DNA of 64,000 nt from a virus: the IMG/VR virus record IMGVR_UViG_3300030419_002557, positions 8,077 to 72,076 of that record. One strand, 5' to 3'. The first letter of the stretch is position 1; each line of letters opens with the position of its first letter. The notes beneath the pieces are model-generated. The model was not told the origin of the DNA and searched no databases. It saw only the letters and a program-made list of their open reading frames with translations. Position numbers and translations under genes: made by a program. This document shows positions 20,429-29,935 of this stretch, in pieces.

Positions 20429-20921
20429 TCCAGGGAAGGACGGAGCACTTGTCGCCATTGATGAAGAAGGCGTTGTGCGTGATGTAGTGCTGACCAAGTC
20501 TAAGTTCACTGTGCCTATTGGTAAGGGGTCTAAGCGAGAGTACGACGCAACCGCCATGGGTGACTATCTGACCAAGCTACACGCCACTCAAGGGGTGAAG
20601 CTCGTCGCAATTGAAAAGCAGCAGGCTCGCCCTGGACAGGGGAGGACATCGATGTTTTCAATCGGGGTAGGCTATGGGCTTTGGCTTGGCGTAGTTGGAA
20701 CTCTTGGTATTCCTTTCTCAGTCGTTCACCCCACTACTTGGCAAAGAGATGTTCTTCGAGATGTCCCTGGTGTTGGGAAGGGCCGGGCGATTTTGCTTTG
20801 CAAGCAACGGCTGCCGGACTTAGAGCTTGCACCTGGCCGGAGGCAAAAATCTCACGACGGGATTGCTGATGCAGCCTGTCTTGCAATGTGGGGGTTCAAG
20901 TCGATGATTGGAAAGATGTAA
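20409..20921 (+). CDS. RuvC-like Holliday junction resolvase
   Basis: VGIDPGKDGA, AIEKQQARPGQG..SMF, PTTWQ, HDGIADA. Confidence 0.9.
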   Translation: MLFVGIDPGKDGALVAIDEEGVVRDVVLTKSKFTVPIGKGSKREYDATAMGDYLTKLHATQGVKLVAIEKQQARPGQGRTSMFSIGVGYGLWLGVVGTLGIPFSVVHPTTWQRDVLRDVPGVGKGRAILLCKQRLPDLELAPGRRQKSHDGIADAACLAMWGFKSMIGKM

Positions 20922-20993
20922 TGATTTGTCAGTGTCGTTGACACGAAAACAGTTTTCGCTATGGATTAGAGACAGAGAAGGACCGATGGAAAG

Positions 20994-21935
20994 ATGAGCG
21001 ACGAGGCAGGACCGACAGGCGTATTGATTGATGTAGATGAGTGGAAAGCTGTTCGAGACGCCATGGAGGGACCTTGGCCTACACGCTTAGCTGAAATCGA
21101 CTTAGCGTTTATTGAGCTTGAAACAGGGGCCGTACCGCCACGTCGAAAGCTTATGAAGAGGTGGGGCATTACCGAAAGAAAAGCCCGCACCATCGTGCAG
21201 CGACATAAGGCAAAGCGTCCCAAGCTCACTACTGAACCGTCCCAAAAACACACCGTTGAGGACACCCAAGTTATTGGAATCACTACTGTGGACGAGTCAA
21301 CACCGTCCCAAGTTAATGTGGTTAGCGTCCCAAAACCAAAAGACATATTTGCTGATAAGATACAGCTTGTGTTCAAAGCATGGGAGGTGGCTCAGTTTCA
21401 GAGAACGCGCCGCCGCAACAAGCTTACTGCTGGAAGAAAGAAGATAATCAAGTCAGCGCTGACAGCCGGGCACACTGTGGAAGATCTTGTGCTTGTGGTG
21501 CGTATGGCCTTTGAGTACCCAGAGGGAGACTACCTCGTCGATAGCTGGAGAAGTGGTGGGTACATGGACATTGCCAACCTGCTCAACCGGGACAAGGTCG
21601 ATAGGAACGTGACCCTGGCTATGGAGCGATGGGATGGAAATGAATGGGTGTTCAGTGGAAAGAAGCAGCACAGCTTTGAACCCAAGTATCACAAGCTTTG
21701 GGAAAACATTGTGTTCTTGGTGGGTGCGTACCCTGACAAGCCAGACACTCTTCATCGAATCCAAAGCGTGAATGAAGCGATGCACAAAGCGCTCGATGTG
21801 GTTGGCGGCTGGCGATACCTTGGCTCGCTCCGCCCTGGCAAGCAGCAAGAGCAAATCAAAAACGACTTTCTTTCTGAGGTTCGTTCTGAACTTCAACAAC
21901 AACGACCGACGCTACAAAGAGGCAACCACAAATGA
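20994..21935 (+). CDS. Replication initiator / helicase-loader-like protein
   Basis: N-terminal HTH-like (KLMKRWGITERKAR), linker, phage initiator-like C-terminus; coupled to dnaB. Confidence 0.6.
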   Translation: MSDEAGPTGVLIDVDEWKAVRDAMEGPWPTRLAEIDLAFIELETGAVPPRRKLMKRWGITERKARTIVQRHKAKRPKLTTEPSQKHTVEDTQVIGITTVDESTPSQVNVVSVPKPKDIFADKIQLVFKAWEVAQFQRTRRRNKLTAGRKKIIKSALTAGHTVEDLVLVVRMAFEYPEGDYLVDSWRSGGYMDIANLLNRDKVDRNVTLAMERWDGNEWVFSGKKQHSFEPKYHKLWENIVFLVGAYPDKPDTLHRIQSVNEAMHKALDVVGGWRYLGSLRPGKQQEQIKNDFLSEVRSELQQQRPTLQRGNHK

Positions 21936-23326
21936 AGCCATTCCCTAAGAGTATACCAAGCGAGAGGTTTGTCCTTGGCGCTCTACTATTAGACAACACC
22001 TTGATTCATGAGGTCCAAGGCGAGATTGAGCCTGAAGATTTCTATAGGTCATCACATAAAGAGATTTACCTTCTGATTCGATCTTGGATTCACAAGGGCA
22101 AAAACATTGATGTGATGCTGCTGGTCGACAACTTGATGACGTTAGACCAAAGCCAAAAGTATGGAGATATTCTTGAGGTGATGTCGCTACCGGAAGCGGT
22201 TGGCTCAACCATGCTGACGGAGCATCACGCAAAAAACGTGCGTGAGAAAGCGATTCGTCGGCGCATGATCCTTGCTTCAGACAAGCTGAAGCACAACGCA
22301 ACAGATGGCCAACTGGACATCGACGAGCTTATTGAGCAAGGCCAAAGGGACTTGCTTGAGATCGCTGGCAGACAGCGCGGGGACGATTGGTTCGTGGGGC
22401 CACAGCTAGTAGAGCGTGCCCAGACAAGGTGGGAGAAGCTTGCAGAACTCAAGGCAAACAACTGTGTGACGGCTTTGTCCACCGGCTTGGTGGCGCTCGA
22501 CAATGTTCTGAGTGGGCTGCACCCAGGCCTGACGCTGCTAGCTGCACGTCCATCCATGGGGAAAACAGCCATGGCTCTGAACCTGACAGTAGCAGCATTG
22601 GAAAAGCAGGTTCCTGTAGCTTTCTTTTCTCTTGAGATGAGTGCTGACCAACTAACAGATCGTATGGCTTCGTCCTTGGCGAAGGTCAATGCCTGGAACA
22701 TCAAGACTGGTGACCTCGGATCAAGAGACTGGGACAAACTGGAAGCGGGTGCGTTGGATTTTTTGCACGACTCACCACTATTTGTTTCCGACAAAGCTGG
22801 TGTAAGCATTTCAAAGATTACTGCTCAGGCACGCAGGCTGAAGTCTAAGGAGCCCAAGCTCGGCTTGATCGTCATTGATTACCTGCAACTCATTCGCCAA
22901 CCCAAAGCGGAAAGCATGGAGCAGGGTGTGTCCCAGGTGTCGAGCGCTTTGAAGGTGTTGTCTCGGGACTTGAACGTGCCTGTTCTCTGCTTGGCTCAAC
23001 TCAACCGTGGTTGCGAGCAGCGCACCAACAAGCGCCCAATGTTGTCTGACCTTCGGGGCTCGGGCTCGTTGGAGCAGGACGCTGACGTGGTCATGTTCCT
23101 CTACAGGCACCACTACTACGATGAGCGAGCCGACCCATCAGATGCGGAGATCCTTGTGGCCAAGCACCGCAGTGGGCCGACAGGTACAGTCCATGCAGAA
23201 TGGAACGCAACCAATCAAAAGTTTGAGGACAAGACTCGCCATGCTCCAAGGGCGGTTGAGTTCGCACAGGTTAAGAGAATCAGGCGCGACCTCGACGACG
23301 AGGATAGCGAGCCAACCTGGCTGTGA
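21932..23326 (+). CDS. dnaB: Replicative DNA helicase
   Basis: LAARPSMGKT, FFSLEMS, IVIDYLQLI, LAQLNR, SDLRGSGSLEQDAD, AKHRSGPTG. Confidence 0.97.
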   Translation: MKPFPKSIPSERFVLGALLLDNTLIHEVQGEIEPEDFYRSSHKEIYLLIRSWIHKGKNIDVMLLVDNLMTLDQSQKYGDILEVMSLPEAVGSTMLTEHHAKNVREKAIRRRMILASDKLKHNATDGQLDIDELIEQGQRDLLEIAGRQRGDDWFVGPQLVERAQTRWEKLAELKANNCVTALSTGLVALDNVLSGLHPGLTLLAARPSMGKTAMALNLTVAALEKQVPVAFFSLEMSADQLTDRMASSLAKVNAWNIKTGDLGSRDWDKLEAGALDFLHDSPLFVSDKAGVSISKITAQARRLKSKEPKLGLIVIDYLQLIRQPKAESMEQGVSQVSSALKVLSRDLNVPVLCLAQLNRGCEQRTNKRPMLSDLRGSGSLEQDADVVMFLYRHHYYDERADPSDAEILVAKHRSGPTGTVHAEWNATNQKFEDKTRHAPRAVEFAQVKRIRRDLDDEDSEPTWL

Positions 23327-23402
23327 TGGGGCGTGGTCCAATTGGAAGGACGCCCGACTGTTACTCGGGAAGGTGGTGGTTCGAGTCCACCCGCCCCAGC
23401 CA
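23327..23402 (+). tRNA. tRNA-Asn (GTT)
   Basis: 76 nt cloverleaf: TGGGGCG/CGCCCCA acceptor, GTCC/GGAC D stem, CCCGA-CTGTTAC-TCGGG, GGTGG-TTCGAGT-CCACC, G73, encoded CCA. Confidence 0.92.
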
Positions 23403-23411
23403 GACGCAAAA

Positions 23412-23442
23412 CGGCCCCGGTGGACCGACTCTACCGGGGCCG
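23412..23442. terminator. GC hairpin after tRNA between convergent units
   Basis: CGGCCCCGGTGG...CTACCGGGGCCG; U-tract only on minus strand. Confidence 0.6.
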
Positions 23443-23506
23443 CAAATGTCAAAGTTGGAGGCAACCAACAACTGACCGTGTCAGTCTAACAGACTTTCTC
23501 CAGCCA

Positions 23507-23806
23507 TCAACGCTTTTCAACTAAATAAGGGTTGGTTTCAAGAGGTTCGTCGGGTCGGCCAGGAATCCAACCTCGACGCATGCCACCGCTTTTAGTCGGC
23601 CATCTTCCGTAAACCATTCCTGATTCGTTTGCCTTCTTTCTTAGGGCTCTTCTAGGAGAGACAATCTCCATGATGGGAGCACCTGTATTCGTAAAGGCTA
23701 CGACGGAAAGCCTGTCGCCTATGAAGATTTCATAAGACGCAACAATGCTCGATAGCTTTGGGTCCTCTCTCCAGTTTGCCCAATACTTAGGCCTGCTCGA
23801 CCTCAA
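23507..23806 (-). CDS. Hypothetical protein
   Basis: 99 aa, coupled to upstream gene. Confidence 0.5.
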   Translation of the reverse strand: MRSSRPKYWANWREDPKLSSIVASYEIFIGDRLSVVAFTNTGAPIMEIVSPRRALRKKANESGMVYGRWPTKSGGMRRGWIPGRPDEPLETNPYLVEKR

Positions 23807-24062
23807 AGGTCACCTCCCCATCAGGCCACAATCCAATGGCGATTGATGGTCCTCCGTTTTGTTTGATGCTTTGTGCCCACTGATGAAGTGCTGGAATAGG
23901 TGCAGGCCGCCAACTTTTTCTGTCAGACGGTAGCAAGTAAGTCCTGATCGTTACGGGGTGGAAGTCTGTCTGTCTGGCAAACTCAGCCATTGACTTGCAT
24001 TCGGAAAGTCTATAAAACTTTTGAGCATATGTTTCTTTTGGTTTAGGTGTAGGTCTTGACAT
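23787..24062 (-). CDS. HTH-like protein, paralog of 24330..24713
   Basis: SMAEFARQTDFHPVTIRTYL; ALHQW...LWPDGEV. Confidence 0.55.
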   Translation of the reverse strand: MSRPTPKPKETYAQKFYRLSECKSMAEFARQTDFHPVTIRTYLLPSDRKSWRPAPIPALHQWAQSIKQNGGPSIAIGLWPDGEVTFEVEQA

Positions 24063-24329
24063 GGTTGTGTCTCTTTTTCCTCGGGTAGATGAGGGTTCAT
24101 CGTTTGAGGTAATGAATGTAGGTGAACGTGTTTTTGTAGGGAGTCATGTAGCCAAGGTCATTGACCGCGTGTGCCCTCACTGCTATCGGTTTGGACCGCC
24201 CTTTCTCCCGCATTTCGAGATTGCTGGCGGCGACTTCAAGGGCCAACGCTGGTGCCCCAAACATCAGTATTTGACTCCTCGAAGGTTTGCGTGTGTGAAT
24301 GATTGATTGCCTCCTTGTGTATGCGTACA

Positions 24330-24713
24330 CTATACAGTTTCGCTGTTCCCGCCAAGCCTTTGTTTAGCTTTTGCTCCAATGGTTCCGTCCGGCCTGGCCA
24401 GTAGCCACATCTCATAAGGAACCCCTCTCTCTTTCCAAGACGCTGAGATCTCAATGCACCACTTGTGTATGGCATCGAATGACCCTGACCCCTTGTTCAA
24501 GCCAGACAGGAGCGCAACAACGCGCACCATTGTGCTGCTGCAATCTGCTGCAAAGTCTTTGAGCAGGATGCTGTCTCCCATCTCTTGCTGCACCTTGCGC
24601 CAGGACAGCCACGCTTGGACTGCGCCATAATGCCAGGGTGCTGCTGGCACATCCGTTCCGTCAGCGACATTGATCGCTCGGGACTCTGCATTTCTAATAG
24701 TGGATCGTCTCAT
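24330..24713 (-). CDS. HTH-like protein, paralog of 23787..24062
   Basis: LLKDFAADCSSTMVRVVALLSG; AIHKW...ARPDGTI. Confidence 0.5.
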   Translation of the reverse strand: MRRSTIRNAESRAINVADGTDVPAAPWHYGAVQAWLSWRKVQQEMGDSILLKDFAADCSSTMVRVVALLSGLNKGSGSFDAIHKWCIEISASWKERGVPYEMWLLARPDGTIGAKAKQRLGGNSETV

Positions 24714-25245
24714 GGGTCGTCGTCTCTGGAAGAGTGAACATCAGCATATTGTTAGAGAGATGAAGCTCGATGGCTTCTCTCGTGCGGAGATCACCAGGGC
24801 GTTGAGAGAGTTCTGTGGGCTGACTCAGAAGTCGGCCATTGGTTGCTACCTCTCCGTTGTTCCCCGGCGTCCATGGCCTATCAAGACTGGTTGGCGTAGG
24901 ATCTCTGCATCGTTCATTGACCAGGCTCTTGATTGGGATGACTTCGATGACGAGGTCTTGGAAGACTTGAGGGTCTTGCCAGAGGACACCCGCTCATTGT
25001 CAGACATGCTGTACAACCAAGACGGGCCGCTGTTCCGTGTTCTCTTGTCATCGTCTGACGCTGCCCTTGCCTACCGGGTTTGCCGGAAAAGCAGAAGGCA
25101 GAAGTCTGCTGACTTCTCAAACGTCAGGACGATTGACAGGAGAGACACAAAGAAAGCACGGTCTAAGACCGTCAAGATCCTTGAGAGGTACGCCAAGGCA
25201 CGCACTCAAGAATCCAGGGGCACTGCCTGGGCCCGGAATCGTTAG
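24712..25245 (+). CDS. Hypothetical protein, possibly DNA-binding
   Basis: 177 aa lone plus-strand ORF in a gap free of minus-strand genes; DGFSRAEITRAL HTH-like. Confidence 0.5.
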   Translation: MGRRLWKSEHQHIVREMKLDGFSRAEITRALREFCGLTQKSAIGCYLSVVPRRPWPIKTGWRRISASFIDQALDWDDFDDEVLEDLRVLPEDTRSLSDMLYNQDGPLFRVLLSSSDAALAYRVCRKSRRQKSADFSNVRTIDRRDTKKARSKTVKILERYAKARTQESRGTAWARNR

Positions 25246-25643
25246 TCCGTGAACGTGGGTTTTGGTGGAGCGCAGATGCCTGATTGAATCAGGTTGACCG
25301 CTGTTCTTCCAAAGGACCCTTGCAGTTGCCAAGCCAAGCCGGTGTCGATCAGTTGCTGCCAAGCGCGAATACGCTCCGCATCAGTTCCTTCGACAAAGCC
25401 CTCGGCCAGGCCGATGGCGTCGTGATTAGATAGTGGTTCCATAGTTGCCTCTGTTGTGAAACCGGGGAGGTCGGTCCCCGTAAGTTTTTTATAGGTTCTG
25501 TTCTTCTCTTCTTCTGCAATCAGCGCGGCCTCTTGTCCTGTAGAACCGTTGGCCTTCGCTTCCTTGAGCGCTCTCATTCCTTCAGCGTGTGCCGCCTCCA
25601 ATGCGTGGCTATCAATCTGCTGGCGGTCGAACGTCGGGAACAT
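25242..25643 (-). CDS. Hypothetical early protein; internal GAGGCAAC-ATG start at 25442
   Basis: GAGGAG RBS; C-terminal AWQQLIDTGLAWQLQGSFGRTA module recalled from small phage proteins. Confidence 0.6.
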   Translation of the reverse strand: MFPTFDRQQIDSHALEAAHAEGMRALKEAKANGSTGQEAALIAEEEKNRTYKKLTGTDLPGFTTEATMEPLSNHDAIGLAEGFVEGTDAERIRAWQQLIDTGLAWQLQGSFGRTAVNLIQSGICAPPKPTFTD

Positions 25644-25836
25644 CTTTGAGTTCCTCCTCGGTAAAGATGGTTGTACGGATTGCCCAAATAATATCAAGGT
25701 TCCGCTGAATGTCTTCATCCAGTCTACCCTTTCCTCTAAGGAAAGCCACCTGTCTTTGTAGGCCAGTCATTACAGCCAGCCATTGCAAGTTGGTTAGCTC
25801 GATGCTGTTCATGTCTTCTAGCTTGAACCCATTCAT
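25612..25836 (-). CDS. Hypothetical early protein
   Basis: 74 aa, GGAGGCAGC RBS, ATGA coupling. Confidence 0.5.
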   Translation of the reverse strand: MNGFKLEDMNSIELTNLQWLAVMTGLQRQVAFLRGKGRLDEDIQRNLDIIWAIRTTIFTEEELKDVPDVRPPAD

Positions 25837-26525
25837 TTGCTGCCTCCTGCGGTCAATAGGTCACAGATGTCGCGAAGGGTTTGACGGATGTCATCTACCG
25901 ATGCAACGACTGATTCCCTGAACTCACGAATGCCTGCCATTTCGGTGAGGATCTCGGAGATGTCATCTCGCATATCCTGCACCTCATGGCCAATCTGGGT
26001 GTAGTTCTCTGCCAACGGCCCACCGGGCTTGGTATCGCTTTCCCGCTGCTCCCGTTGTCTTTTGTTGTACCAAGACTTAAGCGCCCCTGCCCCTCGATGG
26101 TAATCTGAATCGTGCCACAGAATAGTGGACACCTCCTCCCAAAACTTCAAGTTCTTTGGGTTGGTCTTCACACCAGGGCCAGGGTTCTTTTCAACTCTGT
26201 CTATAGCCCGAAGAATGGCGCGGACCTCATCGTTTGTGTAAGCCTTGTTTGGGCTGCTCTTTTTATCTTTCTTTGCCATGATTGCCTCCAATCTTTCGTT
26301 GTACATACATTCAACCTCTGACATCTTTTGTTTCATGTCGATGCAATCAATCAAGAAGTCTTCACTCGGGTCGGTCTGTCTTTCCTTTTTTTGTTTTCGT
26401 CTATGCTTTTGGTAGTGAATTGAGCACAAGCCCTTCGCTCGGTGCGGCTTATTACAGCCCCTCACGCTGCACGTTAGGTGCCTCATGCTCGGCCTGCCCC
26501 GGCCTCGCTTTACTGTCTGCTTCAT
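25833..26525 (-). CDS. Protein with AT-hook-like RGRGRP, C3H zinc finger and Myb/trihelix-like region
   Basis: CSVRGCNKPHRAKGLCSIHY; YTNDEVRAIL...FWEEVS...LKSWY; C-terminal coiled coil. Confidence 0.55.
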   Translation of the reverse strand: MKQTVKRGRGRPSMRHLTCSVRGCNKPHRAKGLCSIHYQKHRRKQKKERQTDPSEDFLIDCIDMKQKMSEVECMYNERLEAIMAKKDKKSSPNKAYTNDEVRAILRAIDRVEKNPGPGVKTNPKNLKFWEEVSTILWHDSDYHRGAGALKSWYNKRQREQRESDTKPGGPLAENYTQIGHEVQDMRDDISEILTEMAGIREFRESVVASVDDIRQTLRDICDLLTAGGSK

Positions 26526-28006
26526 TTTTTGCCTCCGTTAAACCATTCGGGTAGTCCAGCGTCTGATAGGTGGACAGCAATGGCGGCACCGATACGGGTG
26601 CAGCCTTTGGAGAAATCAAGGTCGTAGTGAGAGTTCGCGTGCTTGTGAGCAAACTCATGGATGATGAGGTCAAGATACTTCTCGAAGCCACGCCGGGTAC
26701 TGACAGCTTGAGTTGGCCAGCGCTTGCCAAGTCGACGCTTGTTTAGCAACACTGTACCTCCTCCGTAGCAAGCGCTATAGCCCCGTGGGTCACTGACCCA
26801 GTTCACATGGCAAGTGGTGTTATGCACAAGGGTGTGAAGCTTTTCTGCGTACTCGCTCAAGTTCCTCATGTCTTCTGTCCACTTGTCTCTTGGGATGGTG
26901 ACATCCTTGCCATCAGCCGCAAAGTCAACGCCAGCGTCCTTGAACTTGGTTGTGGCACTGGTCACGGGTTTATTGTTGCGAATGGTATCGTGTGCCTTCT
27001 TTGACCAACTGCCGCCGTAGACTACGGCGTAGCCTTGTGCTGCGGCAGCGGCTGAAGCAGCCGGGTTGGTCGGGTCGTGCATGACTCTCTTCTTCCCGTG
27101 CTTCTGATCCAAGACCCTCGAAACTGATTCGGCTTCGATAAAGTCCGACTCCATAGCCTCAGCAACCCAAGCCTGTGACGCTTCTTCCTTAGTCAACAAG
27201 TCGCGGGTTGCATTGAGAACAAGAGCGCAGAGCTTCCGACTGTAGGCTGGAGTGACTGAGTCCCTCTCCATGTTCAACGGAACCTTCTGCTTGACGTTGA
27301 TGTGGTACTTGGTCGGGTTCTCCACAACGGGAATCCCAAGCTCGTAGATCATCGGTGTCTCACCGTCGAGGGTCTCGTAGACTTCGATGGTTGTCTTGCG
27401 GCTCGTTCGAATGAGGTCGCCCTCATCGTTCACGACAACTGTTGGCATCGACTCCTTGAACTCACTGAGTGAATCTCGCGTCACCAGTTCCTCACCATTG
27501 ACTGTAGTGACAAAGCCACTCGGAGCGACAAAGGTGTGGACGTGCTCGGTCATCATAGCCAGCACTTCTTTCGAAGCCCTGAACTCAGCGGTGACCTTTG
27601 AGCCCTCCTCTGTCTTGCGGCGCAGTCGTTTACGCCCTCCCTCTTTTGAGAAGGAGTACCCACCAGTGGTTGTGAGGATCTCCACGGACCCGCCAGTCTC
27701 GATGCAGTGCGCGATAACCAGCTTCTCTCCCATGTTGAACCGACCACGAAGGTTAGCGTTGCCCTTCTTGTTTGACTCAGCGAACAAGGTGTACGCATGG
27801 CTCAAGTCGAGGAACCCGTCAGGGTCATCGTCGACGATGGTGATGCGGCCCTTGCCGTGGCCTATTGACTCAATGGTCATAGTCACCTTGGAAACCTGCT
27901 GGTCCCAGGCGTTTTGGATTAGCTCAGTGGGGATCCAGTTGAGCCCGTTGCGGGACGTAAGCTTGCTTAGCCCCTTTGTAGATACTGTTAGAACTGGCGA
28001 TGCCAT
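26522..28006 (-). CDS. GHKL ATPase fused to C-terminal HExxH metallopeptidase-like domain
   Basis: ELIQNAWD, VDDDPDG, RGRFNMGEK, GSKV; IIHEFAHKHANSH...F. Confidence 0.8.
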   Translation of the reverse strand: MASPVLTVSTKGLSKLTSRNGLNWIPTELIQNAWDQQVSKVTMTIESIGHGKGRITIVDDDPDGFLDLSHAYTLFAESNKKGNANLRGRFNMGEKLVIAHCIETGGSVEILTTTGGYSFSKEGGRKRLRRKTEEGSKVTAEFRASKEVLAMMTEHVHTFVAPSGFVTTVNGEELVTRDSLSEFKESMPTVVVNDEGDLIRTSRKTTIEVYETLDGETPMIYELGIPVVENPTKYHINVKQKVPLNMERDSVTPAYSRKLCALVLNATRDLLTKEEASQAWVAEAMESDFIEAESVSRVLDQKHGKKRVMHDPTNPAASAAAAAQGYAVVYGGSWSKKAHDTIRNNKPVTSATTKFKDAGVDFAADGKDVTIPRDKWTEDMRNLSEYAEKLHTLVHNTTCHVNWVSDPRGYSACYGGGTVLLNKRRLGKRWPTQAVSTRRGFEKYLDLIIHEFAHKHANSHYDLDFSKGCTRIGAAIAVHLSDAGLPEWFNGGKK

Positions 28007-28233
28007 TAGTTGCCTCCTTGAATGTATTTGAAATGATTCTCTTGAACCTTCGCGTATTCGTTAGGTTCATCGTGTAGCCATACCACCCAAAGGTGGAATG
28101 GATAGGTCCACTGCCCAAGCAGTGTCCCTACCTTTCCTTTGTGCTCACCGTATGTGATCTCAACAAAGGGTTTCTTGTCCAGTGAAGTGCAGTGGATGAA
28201 GTTGTCAGGGTTGTACTCGTCGAGTTCCATCAC
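28006..28233 (-). CDS. Hypothetical early protein (KOW/SH3-like)
   Basis: VEITYGEHKGKVGT motif, coupled gene. Confidence 0.5.
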   Translation of the reverse strand: MMELDEYNPDNFIHCTSLDKKPFVEITYGEHKGKVGTLLGQWTYPFHLWVVWLHDEPNEYAKVQENHFKYIQGGN

Positions 28234-28475
28234 TCTTCCTCCTCCTCTTCTTCCTCAACAGGCCATGTGCCAGCCTCCATTGCCTCTCGGAAGAAATACT
28301 GGGCCATGCAGAGTTCGTGGTCGTCAAGCATGCGAGCGTCTCTTCCCTGGTAGTGGTGCGAAACGTAGTTCAAGAACTCATTCGCCTCGTCGTGGTCATC
28401 AAACACTGGGCCGAATGCGGTCCCAGTGGTTGTGCAAACAAGCACAGCACCTTGCTCTGTTTCAACAGCCATCAC
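28230..28475 (-). CDS. Hypothetical early protein, acidic tail
   Basis: 81 aa, CTTTGTAFGPVF, coupled gene. Confidence 0.6.
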   Translation of the reverse strand: MMAVETEQGAVLVCTTTGTAFGPVFDDHDEANEFLNYVSHHYQGRDARMLDDHELCMAQYFFREAMEAGTWPVEEEEEEEE

Positions 28476-28693
28476 TCCTCCTCACATTCGGTGACGTGTC
28501 CACCGCTACAGCTACCACCGTGGTATGCCTCGACCAGCAGGGCAGGATGTTCGACATCAAACTCTACCGAGGTCCCGCATTCTTGTTCGCTTGTCATTTC
28601 ATGGGCAAGCTCGATTGCCTTCTCTTTCGAGTCGGCCTCGACCTCGACGATGACGAACACAGTGTGCTCCATTTCAACATGATAGGTCGCCAT
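28472..28693 (-). CDS. Hypothetical early protein
   Basis: VEVEADSKEKAIELA motif common in small phage proteins. Confidence 0.6.
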   Translation of the reverse strand: MATYHVEMEHTVFVIVEVEADSKEKAIELAHEMTSEQECGTSVEFDVEHPALLVEAYHGGSCSGGHVTECEEE

Positions 28694-29250
28694 TATTCAC
28701 CTCCTTCTTCTTTGCGTGGTTTGAGCTTACGCTCAGTGGCCTCGGCTGGAGCCTCGGCTGGGGCAGGGAACAGGGCCTCGGCCTCGGCGCGAGTCAACTC
28801 ACGTTGCTCGATCACCAGCCCTTCGCTCTGAACCTTGACCACACCCTTGACGTTGATGGGTGGTAGACCTTCCTTCACAATCCTACGGACTGTGGAGAGG
28901 GCCTCGTCCAGGCCGTACTGCTCTTCGAGCAGCTTTGCCGCGTCCTTATCCATGGTGTGAGCTTCCTTGAACAACTTGATAAGCGTCCGAGTAGAAGACT
29001 CTTTGGTGTACCCTGCATGCTTGAGCATGAGGGCCAACACCCTGGTGTAAGGAATGCGTGCTGTACCAGCCCTCGGGCTGGGGTCCTCGGCCACGTCAAC
29101 CTGTACGGTTCCGTGGACGAGCACAGGCACATCGTATGAACCTGCTTCCAGATTGCTACGCGCTGCCTTGAACGTCTTGTCGTTGATAAGTTTACCGATT
29201 GCCACGATGAGCAAGTCGGTCATGTCTTGGGGGGGGATAGATTGTCCCAT
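28693..29250 (-). CDS. Hypothetical early protein
   Basis: 185 aa, GGAGGCAAC upstream. Confidence 0.6.
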   Translation of the reverse strand: MGQSIPPQDMTDLLIVAIGKLINDKTFKAARSNLEAGSYDVPVLVHGTVQVDVAEDPSPRAGTARIPYTRVLALMLKHAGYTKESSTRTLIKLFKEAHTMDKDAAKLLEEQYGLDEALSTVRRIVKEGLPPINVKGVVKVQSEGLVIEQRELTRAEAEALFPAPAEAPAEATERKLKPRKEEGGE

Positions 29251-29300
29251 AGTTATGTTGCCTCCGTGGATACATAGTAACCACGATGTTTATGTTTGAG

Positions 29301-29326
29301 TGTCACGAAATGTCACAGCATGTCAC
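29301..29326 (-). promoter_or_regulatory. Triple GTGACA direct repeat, 10-bp period
   Basis: TGTCAC at 29301, 29311, 29321 on +; TACTAT -10-like hexamer downstream on minus strand. Confidence 0.6.
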
Positions 29327-29787
29327 AGCATGCTGTCTTCTACGATTATCGGTTCTGTTTTCTCCTCCATCATGAGTTGTCGGTACATGATAAACGGTTG
29401 AAGTTTCACGGGTTTATTCTCTCCTCCGTTGTGATTGACGCGGGTGCATCTGATGTCTGGCAGGTTGGTCAGCGGTCCCAGGTGGTCGCAGTTGATGTCG
29501 AACACATAGTCCGCAAAAACATACCGTTCGTTTGAGACTACACCTATGTTCTCTACACTTAGTGGACGCCTCTTGTTCTGCTGCTGGCATGCCCACACCA
29601 CCCACCTTGTCGCAAGGATTGTTGGGCTGGTGAAGCGGGGCTTTGTTTGCCCCTGGTAGAGATCGACCATGAACTTCAAGAGCATGTCGCCCACCGTCCT
29701 GGCGTCTCCACCTTCGGGTAGCCAGTGGCAGACCTTTGCATAGGTCTCCACCCCTACGTTGAATCGCACAAGGTAGACCTTTGTCAT
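29323..29787 (-). CDS. Hypothetical early protein
   Basis: 154 aa, GAAGGAAG RBS. Confidence 0.55.
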   Translation of the reverse strand: MTKVYLVRFNVGVETYAKVCHWLPEGGDARTVGDMLLKFMVDLYQGQTKPRFTSPTILATRWVVWACQQQNKRRPLSVENIGVVSNERYVFADYVFDINCDHLGPLTNLPDIRCTRVNHNGGENKPVKLQPFIMYRQLMMEEKTEPIIVEDSML

Positions 29788-29935
29788 GGCTTCTTCCTTT
29801 CGCGTGGGTCTTTGGGCAGCAGTTCCCAGATGTCTGGTTCGTACTGCACAAAGGTTTTTTGTCCAGGCTCAAGGATCTTCTTAGACTCCACCCACTTTCG
29901 TCGGTGTGTCGGGTTGAGTTTTTTGTCTAAGAGTT

